The translations under genes were made by a program, and so were the position numbers. The notes beneath the pieces are model-generated. The model worked only from the letters and a program-made list of their open reading frames with translations, had not been told where the DNA came from and did not search any database. This document shows positions 37,641 through 47,157 of a stretch of 64,000 nucleotides of DNA, in pieces (position 1 is the stretch's first letter; every line of letters begins with the position of its first letter). The DNA is taken from positions 19,918 to 83,917 of the forward strand of contig CAVYYM010000020.1 of assembly GCA_963772715.1 (NCBI GenBank). The letters run 5' to 3'. The stretch comes from an uncultured Bacteroidota bacterium. GTDB taxonomy: Bacteria > Bacteroidota > Bacteroidia > Bacteroidales > VadinHA17.

Positions 37641-38207
37641 TTACTTCTTATCGTAAACTAAAGTGGATACTCTGTCGCCATTTGGTGATGTCCTTGTTGA
37701 CTTGATGGAAAGTAATGTAGGACTGGTAAGTGTATATTCTTCAGTAGTCTTCATTGTTGTCGTCTGGCCATCGCGTTCAAATGTCCTGTTCGATACAATT
37801 ATGAGAGTCTTACCGTCAGCTGACCATGTTGCGACCGATTTGGTTTCACCCATTCCGGAGGTGTTAACACTTTCTTTTCCGTCAAGTGTGTATTTTGCAG
37901 TAGTGGTCGTTGGCTGACCATCCTGACCTGTCCTCGTCCTTTCGACAGTCAGAAGGTTGGCTTCCTGTTTTACAACGAAGTTTCCTCCGCCGAAGCCTCT
38001 CTGTCCCTGACCTTGTCCCTGAGGTTGCTGGCCTTGTCCCTGCGGAGGCTGACCCTGGTTCGGCTGGCTCTTCTCGGCATTGTAAACCCAGCTGCCACTG
38101 AAGTTAGCTTTACCTGCCTGTGCATATGTCGTGAACGGCATTGCCAGGAAAGCAAGAATTATCATTGCTGATAATGCGATCTGTAAATTTTTGAATTTTC
38201 TTTCCAT
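37641..38207 (-). CDS. Small secreted protein with Gln/Gly/Pro-rich low-complexity insert, unknown function
   Basis: Signal peptide (ALSAMIILAFLAMPFTTYAQA). Then NQGQPPQGQGQQPQGQGQGQRGFGGG, followed by a beta-rich ~120-aa domain. Confidence 0.6.
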   Translation of the reverse strand: MERKFKNLQIALSAMIILAFLAMPFTTYAQAGKANFSGSWVYNAEKSQPNQGQPPQGQGQQPQGQGQGQRGFGGGNFVVKQEANLLTVERTRTGQDGQPTTTTAKYTLDGKESVNTSGMGETKSVATWSADGKTLIIVSNRTFERDGQTTTMKTTEEYTLTSPTLLSIKSTRTSPNGDRVSTLVYDKK

Positions 38208-38355
38208 TTTCCAGTTTTTTGTGGTTGATTAATAAGATAGACAAAGTATCAAAGGTATTTATTCCATGATATACTTGTCATCCTTTAATGTTTTTTAAGA
38301 ATTAAGAGTTATCCAAAATCCGTGCCGCTCTTTTCAGCTATCTGAAAAAAATTAC

Positions 38356-38363
38356 TATTTTTG
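38356..38363 (+). promoter_or_regulatory. Candidate Bacteroidota -7 promoter box (TAnnTTTG)
   Basis: TATTTTTG lies 45 nt upstream of the ATG at 38408 in an AT-rich spacer. I saw no clean -33 TTTG. Confidence 0.3.
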
Positions 38364-38407
38364 CATCCTTACAGTTAACAAAAATCAAAACTAAAAAGTA
38401 TAAAGCT

Positions 38408-38935
38408 ATGATCAAAAGAATAATACCTATCGTAATTGCAGCTCTGCTGGTGTCATCATGCGGAAACAAAAAAGGCAAGGAAATCTCAGCTGGCGATAAG
38501 GCAGTGAAGGTCGAGTTTGCATCACTGGTTTCAAATCCTGCTGACTATATTGACAAGAATATATCAGTAGAGGGAAAAGTTGTTCATGTATGCAGGGAAA
38601 CAGGCAAGAAATTGTTCATAGTTGGTGAGAATCCCGATGTCAGATTGTTTATATCAGCCGGCGAGAATATGCCTAAGTTCCCGATGGAGCTGCTTGGAAG
38701 CACGGTATCTGTCGAAGGTCGTCTCGAAAGAATTGTAACTGCCAACAAACCATCTGAGGAAAAGATGGTTGCCAGTCTTGAAGTTGCAGCAAGCAATGAT
38801 ACAACAAAGAAAGAAGGAATGGCATCTGCGGATCCTGCAGCAGCAGCCGAGTGTGAGACAGAAGCCGCTGTTGCACAACAGAGTTCCCTGGGTGACCTTA
38901 TGATGGTATATAACAAGCATGAGGTTGTTAAATAA
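38408..38935 (+). CDS. Hypothetical lipoprotein
   Basis: Lipobox LLVSSCGNKK. 175 aa with no recognised family. Confidence 0.6.
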   Translation: MIKRIIPIVIAALLVSSCGNKKGKEISAGDKAVKVEFASLVSNPADYIDKNISVEGKVVHVCRETGKKLFIVGENPDVRLFISAGENMPKFPMELLGSTVSVEGRLERIVTANKPSEEKMVASLEVAASNDTTKKEGMASADPAAAAECETEAAVAQQSSLGDLMMVYNKHEVVK

Positions 38936-38955
38936 TTAACAGATGACTTAATATA

Positions 38956-38985
38956 AAAGAGGCTGTCTTAAAAGCCTCTTTTTTA
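38956..38985 (+). terminator. Rho-independent terminator
   Basis: 9-bp stem aaagaggct (38956-38964) / agcctcttt (38973-38981) followed by a T-run, 21 nt after the stop. Confidence 0.7.
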
Positions 38986-38996
38986 ATTTTCCTAAA

Positions 38997-39545
38997 ATGA
39001 ACTTTTCAAAACTTAACCGGATTACCCACCGCGATATCGGATATCTGATAACGGGAATGACTATTATATATGCGCTCTCCGGTATTGCCCTGAATCACAA
39101 GAATAACTGGAATCCCAATTATGTAGTCGACAGCTATGAATTTACAACAAACCTGGACCTGTCAAGGGAGACATTTACCGACGAGACTGCAAAAGCGATC
39201 CTTAAAACAATTCCGGGAAATCCGCAATACAAGACATCACACTATCCTACAGGCAACAAAGTGAATATCTTCATTGACGGAGGTTTTGTTCAGATAAATA
39301 CAAAAACCGGACAGGGGGTCGTTGAAAAGATCAGCAGGAGACCCCTGTTCTTCCAGATCAACTTCCTTCATTACAATCCCGGCAAGTGGTGGAAATGGTT
39401 CAGCGATATTTTCTGTGTTTCTCTGATAGTGGTTGCTATCACCGGATTATTCATCATCAAGGGCAAAAACGGAATAACACGTCGTGGTGCAGTCCTGACG
39501 ATCATCGGGATAATCTTACCGCTGATATTTCTGTTTATATACTAA
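38997..39545 (+). CDS. PepSY-associated TM-helix-like membrane protein
   Basis: 182 aa. It has an N-terminal TM (HRDIGYLITGMTIIYALSGIALNHK) and C-terminal TMs, an architecture resembling PepSY_TM-like proteins. Confidence 0.5.
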   Translation: MNFSKLNRITHRDIGYLITGMTIIYALSGIALNHKNNWNPNYVVDSYEFTTNLDLSRETFTDETAKAILKTIPGNPQYKTSHYPTGNKVNIFIDGGFVQINTKTGQGVVEKISRRPLFFQINFLHYNPGKWWKWFSDIFCVSLIVVAITGLFIIKGKNGITRRGAVLTIIGIILPLIFLFIY

Positions 39546-39552
39546 TTGTCCT

Positions 39553-39640
39553 GCCAGTCATGCAAGTCGTGCCAGTCATGCAAGTCGTTTAAGACCTGCA
39601 AGACTTGCAAGACCTGCAAGACCTGCAAGACTTGCAAGAC
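39553..39640. repeat. Two tandem arrays: 18-mer x2 (gccagtcatgcaagtcgt) then 9-mer x5.5 (aagacctgc/aagacttgc, containing palindrome CTTGCAAG)
   Basis: Read directly. It fills the whole spacer between convergent genes (stops at 39545 and 39640). Confidence 0.85.
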
Positions 39641-41793
39641 TATACTTTCTTGATTGCTTCCAGCACTCTTTCCGGGGTCATCGGTGTGCGGTAGAGTCTT
39701 GCACCGGTGGCGTCATAGATTGCATTCGCAACTGCAGCTCCAACTGCAATTATTGCAGGCTCCCCTCCTCCCTTCGGCGGCTTGTCCATACGGTCGAGAA
39801 TTACACAATCGATCTTTGGCAGCCATGACAATTTTGGTATCTGGTAAGTATCAAATCCCCGATCCAGAATATTGCCGCCTTCAAAATGGACCTCCTCGGT
39901 GAAAGTATATCCCAGAGCCATGGAAATGCATCCCTCCATCTGAATCAGTGCACCTTCAGGATTAACGCACTGTCCCATATCCTGAGAACAAGCTACTCTC
40001 ACAACCTGAACCTTGCCGGTTGCCGTGTCGACTTTCACTTCGGCAATCTCCGCTACCCAGGTTCCTGCGTCATGCCCGCAGGCAATTCCGATACCCCTTT
40101 TGCTTGGACCCTTCGCCGGTACATAGCCGAATTTATCCGCAACTGATTTGAGGCATGCGATCATTTTCTCATCCTTGAGGTTCTTAAGCCGGAAATCAAG
40201 AGGATCTATCCCGGCTGCCGAGGCCATAATATCGATCTGCACTTCGCGTGCAAAAGTGTTGGAATTATTGTTCGGCGCGCGCCATGGACCCGTGCTGAAC
40301 GGATGAACACGGAATGCGGTCCTGTTCTCGCTGTAGCTGGTTGTTTTGAAATTAGGAACATCATATATTATATCGGCGCCCCTGGTACCTGCAAACCAGA
40401 CATGGTAGTCCCAGAAAGTAATCATTCCCGACTTGTCGATACCTGAATTCACCTTTATCACGTTGGCACTGTGGAAAGTATCGTAGAAAAACTCCTCGTC
40501 GCGTGTCCATACCAGCATCACAGGCTTGCCTGTAAGCTTTGCAAGTCTGGCTGCCTCAACTCCCTGCTGATATGCAGCTTTGCCGCCAAATCCTCCGCCG
40601 ACGAATGGCGTTCTCACGCGGACAGTTTCCCTTGTCATTTTAAGCTCATTCACGATTGCATCCTGCAATCCGAATGGTGATTGTGTGGAAGCCCAGACAT
40701 TCATCTTTCCGTTTTCCATTTGAGCGAGCGCGGTGTGTGTCTCAATGGCAGCATGAGCCACATACGGATCATGGTATTCTGATTGGAAGACTTTGTCAGA
40801 CTGCTTCTTCCCTGCTTCGAGATCGCCGCCTTCCCTTGCAATACTTGACCTCGATTCAGCTTTTACCATCCAGTCAAAGACAGTTTTATCATTGACAGCC
40901 AACTCATTGAAGTCATATTCGGCTTTAATTTTGACGATCGCCTCATCAGCCTTATCCTTGTTTTCGCTTACGACAGCAATAAAGTCGTCCTCCCTGACAA
41001 CCGTAACACCGGGTATTTTTTCTGCACCAGACACGTCAGCAGATTTCAATTTAGCCCCGTGTGAAGGAGGACGCAGTATCCTGGCGAACACCATTCCCGG
41101 TATTTTAAGATCTCCCGTATATTTGGCCCTTCCTGTCACCTTATCTCTGGCATCAACTCTTTTATAGGGTTTCCCGACATATGTAAATTTGGTAAACTCT
41201 TCAGAAGCAGGCTTCGTATCAAGGTACTTCTCAAGCTTTTTGCCCTTTGCCAGCGCAGCATAACTTACTGCTTTCTTCGGATCAGAACTGTCAGCCACAA
41301 TTCCGTCTTTCACTTCAAGCCGGCTTACAGGCACACCAAGCTGTGATGACGCCATGTCGAGCATGACTGCTTTTGCCTCCGCGGCGGCAGCTCTCATTGC
41401 AGGGCCGAATGTCTGAGTAGTTTGCGAACCCCAGGTTCCTGCATCATAGGGACACAGTTCAGTATCTCCCATTACCATTTTAACCTTTTCAAAAGGTACG
41501 TTTAGCTCCTCGGCCATCATCATGGCCAGTCCCGTTATAATACCCTGCCCCATTTCTATTTTCCCGGTATAACAGGAGATAGTCCCATCTTCTGCAACAT
41601 GAAGGAACGCGTTATAATCCTTGGTCAGACTCCTCCGTTGCTGCTGCTGAGGAAGAGCAAGAATATCGAGGACATTCCAGGGCTGGAAGAAGATGAATAT
41701 ACCGCCTCCAAGAAGCTTGACGAAGCTTCTCCTTTTGATTCCGGAAACATTTGTGGTCCCGGCCTTTTTTGTTGTTTTTTCGCTCTTTTTCAT
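39640..41793 (-). CDS. Xanthine-dehydrogenase-family molybdopterin-binding large subunit (IorB/aldehyde-oxidoreductase-like) with Tat signal
   Basis: 717 aa. The N-terminus is IKRRSFVKLLGGGIFIF (twin-arginine signal). Typical Mo-hydroxylase motifs are present (GQGIITGLAMMMAEEL, TPFVGGGFGGK, GGGEPAIIAVGAAVANAI). Confidence 0.85.
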   Translation of the reverse strand: MKKSEKTTKKAGTTNVSGIKRRSFVKLLGGGIFIFFQPWNVLDILALPQQQQRRSLTKDYNAFLHVAEDGTISCYTGKIEMGQGIITGLAMMMAEELNVPFEKVKMVMGDTELCPYDAGTWGSQTTQTFGPAMRAAAAEAKAVMLDMASSQLGVPVSRLEVKDGIVADSSDPKKAVSYAALAKGKKLEKYLDTKPASEEFTKFTYVGKPYKRVDARDKVTGRAKYTGDLKIPGMVFARILRPPSHGAKLKSADVSGAEKIPGVTVVREDDFIAVVSENKDKADEAIVKIKAEYDFNELAVNDKTVFDWMVKAESRSSIAREGGDLEAGKKQSDKVFQSEYHDPYVAHAAIETHTALAQMENGKMNVWASTQSPFGLQDAIVNELKMTRETVRVRTPFVGGGFGGKAAYQQGVEAARLAKLTGKPVMLVWTRDEEFFYDTFHSANVIKVNSGIDKSGMITFWDYHVWFAGTRGADIIYDVPNFKTTSYSENRTAFRVHPFSTGPWRAPNNNSNTFAREVQIDIMASAAGIDPLDFRLKNLKDEKMIACLKSVADKFGYVPAKGPSKRGIGIACGHDAGTWVAEIAEVKVDTATGKVQVVRVACSQDMGQCVNPEGALIQMEGCISMALGYTFTEEVHFEGGNILDRGFDTYQIPKLSWLPKIDCVILDRMDKPPKGGGEPAIIAVGAAVANAIYDATGARLYRTPMTPERVLEAIKKV

Positions 41794-41795
41794 GG

Positions 41796-42272
41796 TTACT
41801 TCCCTCCTTTCATTTCTTCTGCTGCATCCCTAACAGCATCGAGAATCCTGACATGTGCCGTACATCTGCACAGGTTTTCATCCAGTCCTGCAATAATATC
41901 CTGACGCGTCGGTGAAGGATTCTTCTTCAGGAGCGCAACGGCAGTCAGGATCATGCCCGGTGTGCAGAATCCGCACTGCAGGGCGTCATGATCAATGAAA
42001 GCCTGCTGTACAGGATGCAGCTTGCCATTCTGTTCCAGTCCCTCGATAGTGATAACCTTTTTGCCGGCGATATCGCTCACGGGAATCTGGCATGATCTTA
42101 CCGGTTCATAATCGACAAGCACGGTGCAGGCACCACAGAACCCTGTGCCGCAGCCCCATTTGGTACCTGTCAGGCCCAGCTGGTTCCGGAGAACCCAGAC
42201 AAGAGTCTGGCTGGGATCTGTCCGCAGCTCGGTCTTCTTGCCATTCAGTGTAAATTGAATCGTTTCTTCCAT
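41796..42272 (-). CDS. (2Fe-2S)-binding small subunit of the Mo-hydroxylase
   Basis: 158 aa. It has the plant-type cluster CGTGFCGACTV and a second cluster, QCGFCTPGMI...CRCT. Confidence 0.9.
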   Translation of the reverse strand: MEETIQFTLNGKKTELRTDPSQTLVWVLRNQLGLTGTKWGCGTGFCGACTVLVDYEPVRSCQIPVSDIAGKKVITIEGLEQNGKLHPVQQAFIDHDALQCGFCTPGMILTAVALLKKNPSPTRQDIIAGLDENLCRCTAHVRILDAVRDAAEEMKGGK

Positions 42273-42273
42273 A

Positions 42274-42867
42274 TCAATTTTTCATTTTAAGTTCATTCAA
42301 ATAATCTTCCTTATCATCGATGTCTTTCAGAATAAGAGGTGTGCCGGCTTCGACTTCAAGCACATCACCTGAAAATCTCTGTGCGAGAGTCCTTAATCCT
42401 TCACCCGGATCCAGCAACATCACATCCTCCCTGTATCTGCTGCTAATCAGCAGGGGATGCCCGCGCTTCTTTTCGTAAACAGGCAGTACAATGCCCTTGC
42501 CTGACGTCCTGAAGGCTGAAATGAGCATATCGGTCACCTCAGGTCTTATGAGGGGCTGATCGCCGGGAAAAACAAGAGCTGCTTCAAAATCATGCGGTAT
42601 AAACCTGAATCCGCATTTGACCGATGAGAGCATGCCTTCCCTGTAAACTTCATTATGACAATGCCTTACAGGCCAGTTCCCAATCACCTTCAGGATCTCA
42701 TCCCTGTCACAGCCAAGTACCACAACAGTTTCATCAACCTGTGAATTTATCACATTTTCTATTACCTGCTCAATTATCGTTGTTCCCCTGAATGGCAGAA
42801 GCATCTTGGGGAATCCCATTCTCTTAGATTCACCGGCTGCAAGTATTATGGCCCAGATATTTTTCAT
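42274..42867 (-). CDS. MobA/MocA-like nucleotidyltransferase (molybdenum cofactor cytidylyl/guanylyl-transferase family)
   Basis: The start MKNIWAIILAAGESKRMGFPKMLLPF has the typical NTP_transf_3 N-terminus. The ORF-track start at 42882 adds 5 residues. Confidence 0.75.
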   Translation of the reverse strand: MKNIWAIILAAGESKRMGFPKMLLPFRGTTIIEQVIENVINSQVDETVVVLGCDRDEILKVIGNWPVRHCHNEVYREGMLSSVKCGFRFIPHDFEAALVFPGDQPLIRPEVTDMLISAFRTSGKGIVLPVYEKKRGHPLLISSRYREDVMLLDPGEGLRTLAQRFSGDVLEVEAGTPLILKDIDDKEDYLNELKMKN

Positions 42868-42913
42868 CAGAACACTCCCCACCCCCTCTCAAGGGGGGAT
42901 TTTCTTGGATCTT

Positions 42914-44023
42914 TTATCTTCTATCTTTATTTCTTACTTGTATCAGTTCTGCCGCAATACTGATGGCAATTTCTTCCACAGTCTTAGATTTAATTTCGAG
43001 CCCGATGGGAGTATGAATTCTGTTCCACTGCACTTCGCTGGCCCATTTATTTTCTATGAATTCAGCCTTCATTCTCGCGACTTTCCCCTTGCTGCCGATC
43101 ATTCCGACATATGCTGCTCCGGAACCTATACATGGCTTCAGTGCTTTCGCATCATCGTTATGACCACGGGTTACGATAACGAAATAAGTATCTGAACTCT
43201 TGTCTGCTTCAGTCATTGCCTCTCCTATGTCCTTCACTATAATATGATCTGCATCGGGCAGGTTCAGGGGATTGGCAAAATCTGGCCGGTCATCTATTAC
43301 GGTAACTTCAAAATCAAGCATCCTTCCAAGATGCGAAAGAGCCTTTCCAATATGTCCGGCACCCGCAATTACCAGCCTTGGCCTGGGGAATACCGGTTCG
43401 ATGAAGAATTGTGATGAAGTATCCTCTCCAGGCAGGGAGAGTTCCATATGCATATAACTATCAGAGTCTCCGGAGGCAATGATGCGTTGTGCAACCGGTT
43501 CGATCTTTTCAAGGAATCCCTGAGGAACCGTAAGCCTGGATTTGGCAGTCATCCAGTACCGGTTTACAAGAACATGATCTTCAGCACATTGTGTGACCAT
43601 TGTAATGAGAACTCCGGGTTCTCTTTTTTCCAGCGATTGCCGGAGATCCGTTAATACAGGTAAATGAATGCCGGGATCCGCATCTATCAGGATATATATT
43701 TCACCTCCGCAAATAGCCTCTTCTTTTTGTGAAATATCGTTGTTTAGCAAGAAATGAAGCACCTGAGATCTGTGCGTTGAAGAGCAGCTCTCTGCAACCT
43801 TCTGGACTTTTCCCTCGACGACGCCACCACCGACAGTGCCAGCCAACAACTTTCCGTTTTCAAATAAAGCAGAACTTCCTGGTTTTTGAGGTGTTGATCC
43901 AATAGTCCTGATCACAGTTGCCAGCACAAGTCCTGGCCCTGTCAGCTGCATTTCAATGAATTTCAGATGATTGTTTGGCATAAATCTGAAATGTAGCTTT
44001 GTTGAAACATGTAAAGAGGCCAT
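42914..44023 (-). CDS. XdhC/CoxI-family Mo-enzyme maturation protein
   Basis: ...LVLATVIRTIGSTPQKPGSSALF... (XdhC N-domain) and a Rossmann-like C-domain, RLVIAGAGHIGKALSHLGRMLDFEVTVIDDRP. The true start is probably internal (MQLTGPG at 43951 or MPNNH at 43981). Confidence 0.8.
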   Translation of the reverse strand: MASLHVSTKLHFRFMPNNHLKFIEMQLTGPGLVLATVIRTIGSTPQKPGSSALFENGKLLAGTVGGGVVEGKVQKVAESCSSTHRSQVLHFLLNNDISQKEEAICGGEIYILIDADPGIHLPVLTDLRQSLEKREPGVLITMVTQCAEDHVLVNRYWMTAKSRLTVPQGFLEKIEPVAQRIIASGDSDSYMHMELSLPGEDTSSQFFIEPVFPRPRLVIAGAGHIGKALSHLGRMLDFEVTVIDDRPDFANPLNLPDADHIIVKDIGEAMTEADKSSDTYFVIVTRGHNDDAKALKPCIGSGAAYVGMIGSKGKVARMKAEFIENKWASEVQWNRIHTPIGLEIKSKTVEEIAISIAAELIQVRNKDRR

Positions 44024-44051
44024 GTAAAAACAGGGCTTCTTTAACCTGATC

Positions 44052-44225
44052 CTAATTATCCTCTGCGCTCAGCTTTGTCGAACTCTCTTCAACCTTCGAT
44101 GACTTCTTGAACTCTTTAATACCTGTTCCGATGCCCTTCATCAGCTCGGGTATCTTTCTCGCACCAAAAAGAAGCACGACGACAGCCAGTATGAGCAGGA
44201 TCTCTGTAACTCCGAAATTTGCCAT
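44052..44225 (-). CDS. tatA: Twin-arginine translocase subunit TatA/E (57 aa; below ORF-track cutoff)
   Basis: Hand translation gives [57 protein letters not shown]. This is one TM, the FG hinge and an amphipathic helix, the canonical TatA layout. ATG at 44225-44223, TAG at 44054-44052. Confidence 0.85.
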   Translation of the reverse strand: MANFGVTEILLILAVVVLLFGARKIPELMKGIGTGIKEFKKSSKVEESSTKLSAEDN

Positions 44226-44258
44226 CTTCCCTTATTGTTTGAATTGTTTAGAAATGCA

Positions 44259-45564
44259 TTAAACCTCATCCGGCACCACAAACGGCTTGCGCGGCGGACG
44301 TGTAAGATATTTATCAGCTTCCTTGTCTTTCACAAACTTCTCCCTGACAGGGTCGAAATAAAGGGTGCGCCCGGTACGATATGCAATATTCCCGAGATGA
44401 GCAAGACCTGATGAGAGGTGGGCTGTTTCAACCGGTGCATTCAGTATCGATTTATCGTGAGCACGTACCGCCTTGATGAAGTTGGCGTAATGATCGCCGC
44501 CCTCTCTTTTTGACGGACCGGGTTTCTTATTCCTGCCCAGGAATGATTCATACCTGTCATAGTTGTAAACAACAAGGTAGCCTTCGCTGCCATAGAATAT
44601 ATTACCTACCTCGGCGCCGTTTTCCCCGTTTGTGATCCATGGACGAACCTCAAATTCAATTATCTTCTTCTCCTTCGGATAGTAATAAGTCGTTGCAAGC
44701 AATTCGGGTGTTTCCTTGGCATCATCGAAGAGGAACTTTCCTCCGCCTGCCGTAATAACTTCCGGAAGGCCGACATTAAGGCCCCACATGCAGAGGTCTG
44801 TTTCATGTATTCCTTGGTTTCCTACATCACCGCAGCCATAGTTCCACTGCCAGTGCCAATTGTAATGAACCCAGTCCTCAGAAAATGGCAGCATTGCTGC
44901 CGGGCCCGTCCAAAGGTCATAATCCAGACCTTCAGGAATTGTACCGGGACCTTTCTTCCCTATATCATCCCTCCAGCGGAAAACAAGTCCCCTGGCCATA
45001 TATACATTTCCGATCAGTCCGTTGCGAAGGTGCTGTATGGCTTCCTGGACAGCCACAGAGCTTCGAAGCTGAACTCCATGCTGGACTATGCGGTCGTATT
45101 TTGCTGCAGCTTCCACCATTTTGCGTCCTTCATAGATATTGTGTGAGCCTGGTTTCTCGACATATACATCCTTGCCTGCCTGGCAAGCCCAGATGGTCGC
45201 AAGGGAATGCCAGTGGTTCGGTGTGGCCACACTCACGGCATCGATCGATTTATCCTCGAACACTTTTCTAAGATCCTGCACCTGTGCCACTTTTTTGCCA
45301 TATTTCTTTTCAAATTCTGCTGCCCGCTTTCCAAGAATATTCAGATCAGGGTCGCAAAGACAAACAACCTCAGCATCAGGCTGTCCCATAAAACCTCCGA
45401 TGTGGCTTGTTCCCCTGCCCATTTACGCCAAGCACGGCAACCCTTACCTTGTCGGCTGAGCCAAGTGAACTGGCTGAAATTATCGTTGGCATTGACAAGA
45501 GTGCAGCTGCACCCGCAGACTTCTTTATAAAAGTCCTTCTCGTTTCTTTTCTTTCTTCTTTCAT
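44259..45564 (-). pseudogene. Gfo/Idh/MocA-family oxidoreductase with Tat signal, single frameshift near 45400-45425
   Basis: ORF 45376..45564, MKEERKETRRTFIKKSAGAAALLSMPTIISA...VRVAVLGVNGQG, joins ORF 44259..45422, (G)RGTSHIGGFMGQPDAEVVCLCDPD.... Together they form one typical protein. Confidence 0.75.
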
Positions 45565-45751
45565 AGGTTATTTTATTAAACTATTATCCCTCAGAATGAC
45601 GAGGTAAGATAATAAATTATTCATCCTGTTCTGTTTCGACTTTTTTGTTAAATAAATTATTAAGCTTTTTTAACTGTTCCAATAGGTATTTGAACTGATA
45701 ATCCTGGCATCTTTTTCATGTACCTTTGATGTTTTAAAATCGAAGAGCCTG

Positions 45752-46552
45752 ATGGGTACTGAAACCTCTGACAATCCGGCTGGCAGATCTGCCGCTAAAA
45801 CCATGTTCTGGTTTTTCGCCGGAGGGGAAACAAGGGATAATAAATTCAATGTTTTCACCGGATCATTTATCAGGCTCATGAAGGAAATCATGGAAGATAA
45901 ATTCGATTTCATAAAAGGGGTATATTTTAAAACCAACCTGATGAATGTTGTCTGGGCTTTGAATCATGCTCAGAAGCCGATCAGTGATCCTGCCAGTAAC
46001 CGGCTCATCGACAAAGCTTTAAGTCAATTACTCTCCAATGGGTATACACCTGAAACACAGCTGATTATCGTTTCATCGAGCACCGGAAGCGTGGTTGCAG
46101 CGCAGACGGCTTGCTACCTGGCAGAGAAAAACCGCGAGAGACTTTTATTCAGGAAGCCTTTTCACCTGGCACTTGGAGCCAGCATGGTCTCGACAGAATC
46201 AGATCTCTTCAGGCAGCTTCAGTCATATCAGAAAAAAGGTCATCTTGGCAAGCTGATCCATGATGAGCTCCAGGATGAAGGAGACAACACCACGGGAGTA
46301 GGAAGCACTTCGAGGTTCAGAGCATGGAGAAATGCGGTTGGACTGATGCTTCCATGCCTATCAGGGAGATACAAGAGTCCGTCATTCCTTAACATACATC
46401 CTGTAAAAGGGCATCTTCATCGCAGGAGATCGCAGACTGTCAGGAAAGCGCTTGATTTTATAGATGTGTTGCTTGTAGAGAAGAACCTTGCAGGTGATTT
46501 CTACAGGGAAAAGGCAATAAGGATTATAGCAGAAGAAACCAAGCCTACTTGA
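45752..46552 (+). CDS. Hypothetical protein (possible alpha/beta-fold; IIVSSSTGSVVAAQ resembles a nucleophile elbow)
   Basis: 266-aa ORF. The start is uncertain (an alternative is MFWFFAGGE at 45803). No family recognised. Confidence 0.45.
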   Translation: MGTETSDNPAGRSAAKTMFWFFAGGETRDNKFNVFTGSFIRLMKEIMEDKFDFIKGVYFKTNLMNVVWALNHAQKPISDPASNRLIDKALSQLLSNGYTPETQLIIVSSSTGSVVAAQTACYLAEKNRERLLFRKPFHLALGASMVSTESDLFRQLQSYQKKGHLGKLIHDELQDEGDNTTGVGSTSRFRAWRNAVGLMLPCLSGRYKSPSFLNIHPVKGHLHRRRSQTVRKALDFIDVLLVEKNLAGDFYREKAIRIIAEETKPT

Positions 46553-47156
46553 TCATCATATCAAGAAGAGCTTCCTCACCCAGATAAGCCACCAGGTTAT
46601 CATTCTTCTTAAGCGGTCCGACGCCGGCGGGCGTTCCTGTAAAGATCAGATCGCCGGTCTTCAGGGTGAAAAACCGGGAAACGTAAGCCACTATCTCATT
46701 TATACTAAAGATCATATCTGAAGTATTTCCCTGTTGTACGATAATGTCATTAATTTCGAGCCTGAAATCGATATTTCGGATATCCTTAACAGATGCCGTG
46801 GAGATGAATCTTCCAAGGGGTGCCGCACCGTCGAAGCACTTGGATAATTCCCAGGGCAGGCCTGCAGAGGAATTACGGTTCTGGATATCGCGCGCGGTGA
46901 TATCAATCCCCAGAGTCAGTTCATCATAGTAACGATGGGCGAACTTTTCCGAGATTCCCTTGCCCAGTTTGCTGATCCTGATCACCACCTCCACCTCATA
47001 ATGGATCATCGATGAGAATCCCGGGATGAAAAAAGGTTTGTTATTCTTAAGTATCGAAGAATCAGGCTTCAGGAATACAACAGGCTCCTTCGGAAGAGGC
47101 CTCCCAAGCTCCATTGCATGCATCCGGTAATTGAGACCTATGCAGATAATCTTCAT
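46545..47156 (-). CDS. Fumarylacetoacetate hydrolase (FAH)-family protein
   Basis: MKIICIGLNYRMHAMELGRPLPKEPVVFLKPDSSIL...GDLIFTGTPAGVG, the typical FAH-family pattern. Confidence 0.85.
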   Translation of the reverse strand: MKIICIGLNYRMHAMELGRPLPKEPVVFLKPDSSILKNNKPFFIPGFSSMIHYEVEVVIRISKLGKGISEKFAHRYYDELTLGIDITARDIQNRNSSAGLPWELSKCFDGAAPLGRFISTASVKDIRNIDFRLEINDIIVQQGNTSDMIFSINEIVAYVSRFFTLKTGDLIFTGTPAGVGPLKKNDNLVAYLGEEALLDMMIK

Positions 47157-47157
47157 G

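Noticed and set aside
39553-39640. Regularly spaced short repeats that might be mistaken for a CRISPR array. The same applies to the arrays at 274-325, 20963-21011 and 63343-63413.
   Set aside because: The units are only 6-18 bp and directly abutting, with no unique spacers. No cas genes are in the window. These are microsatellite-type tandem arrays.
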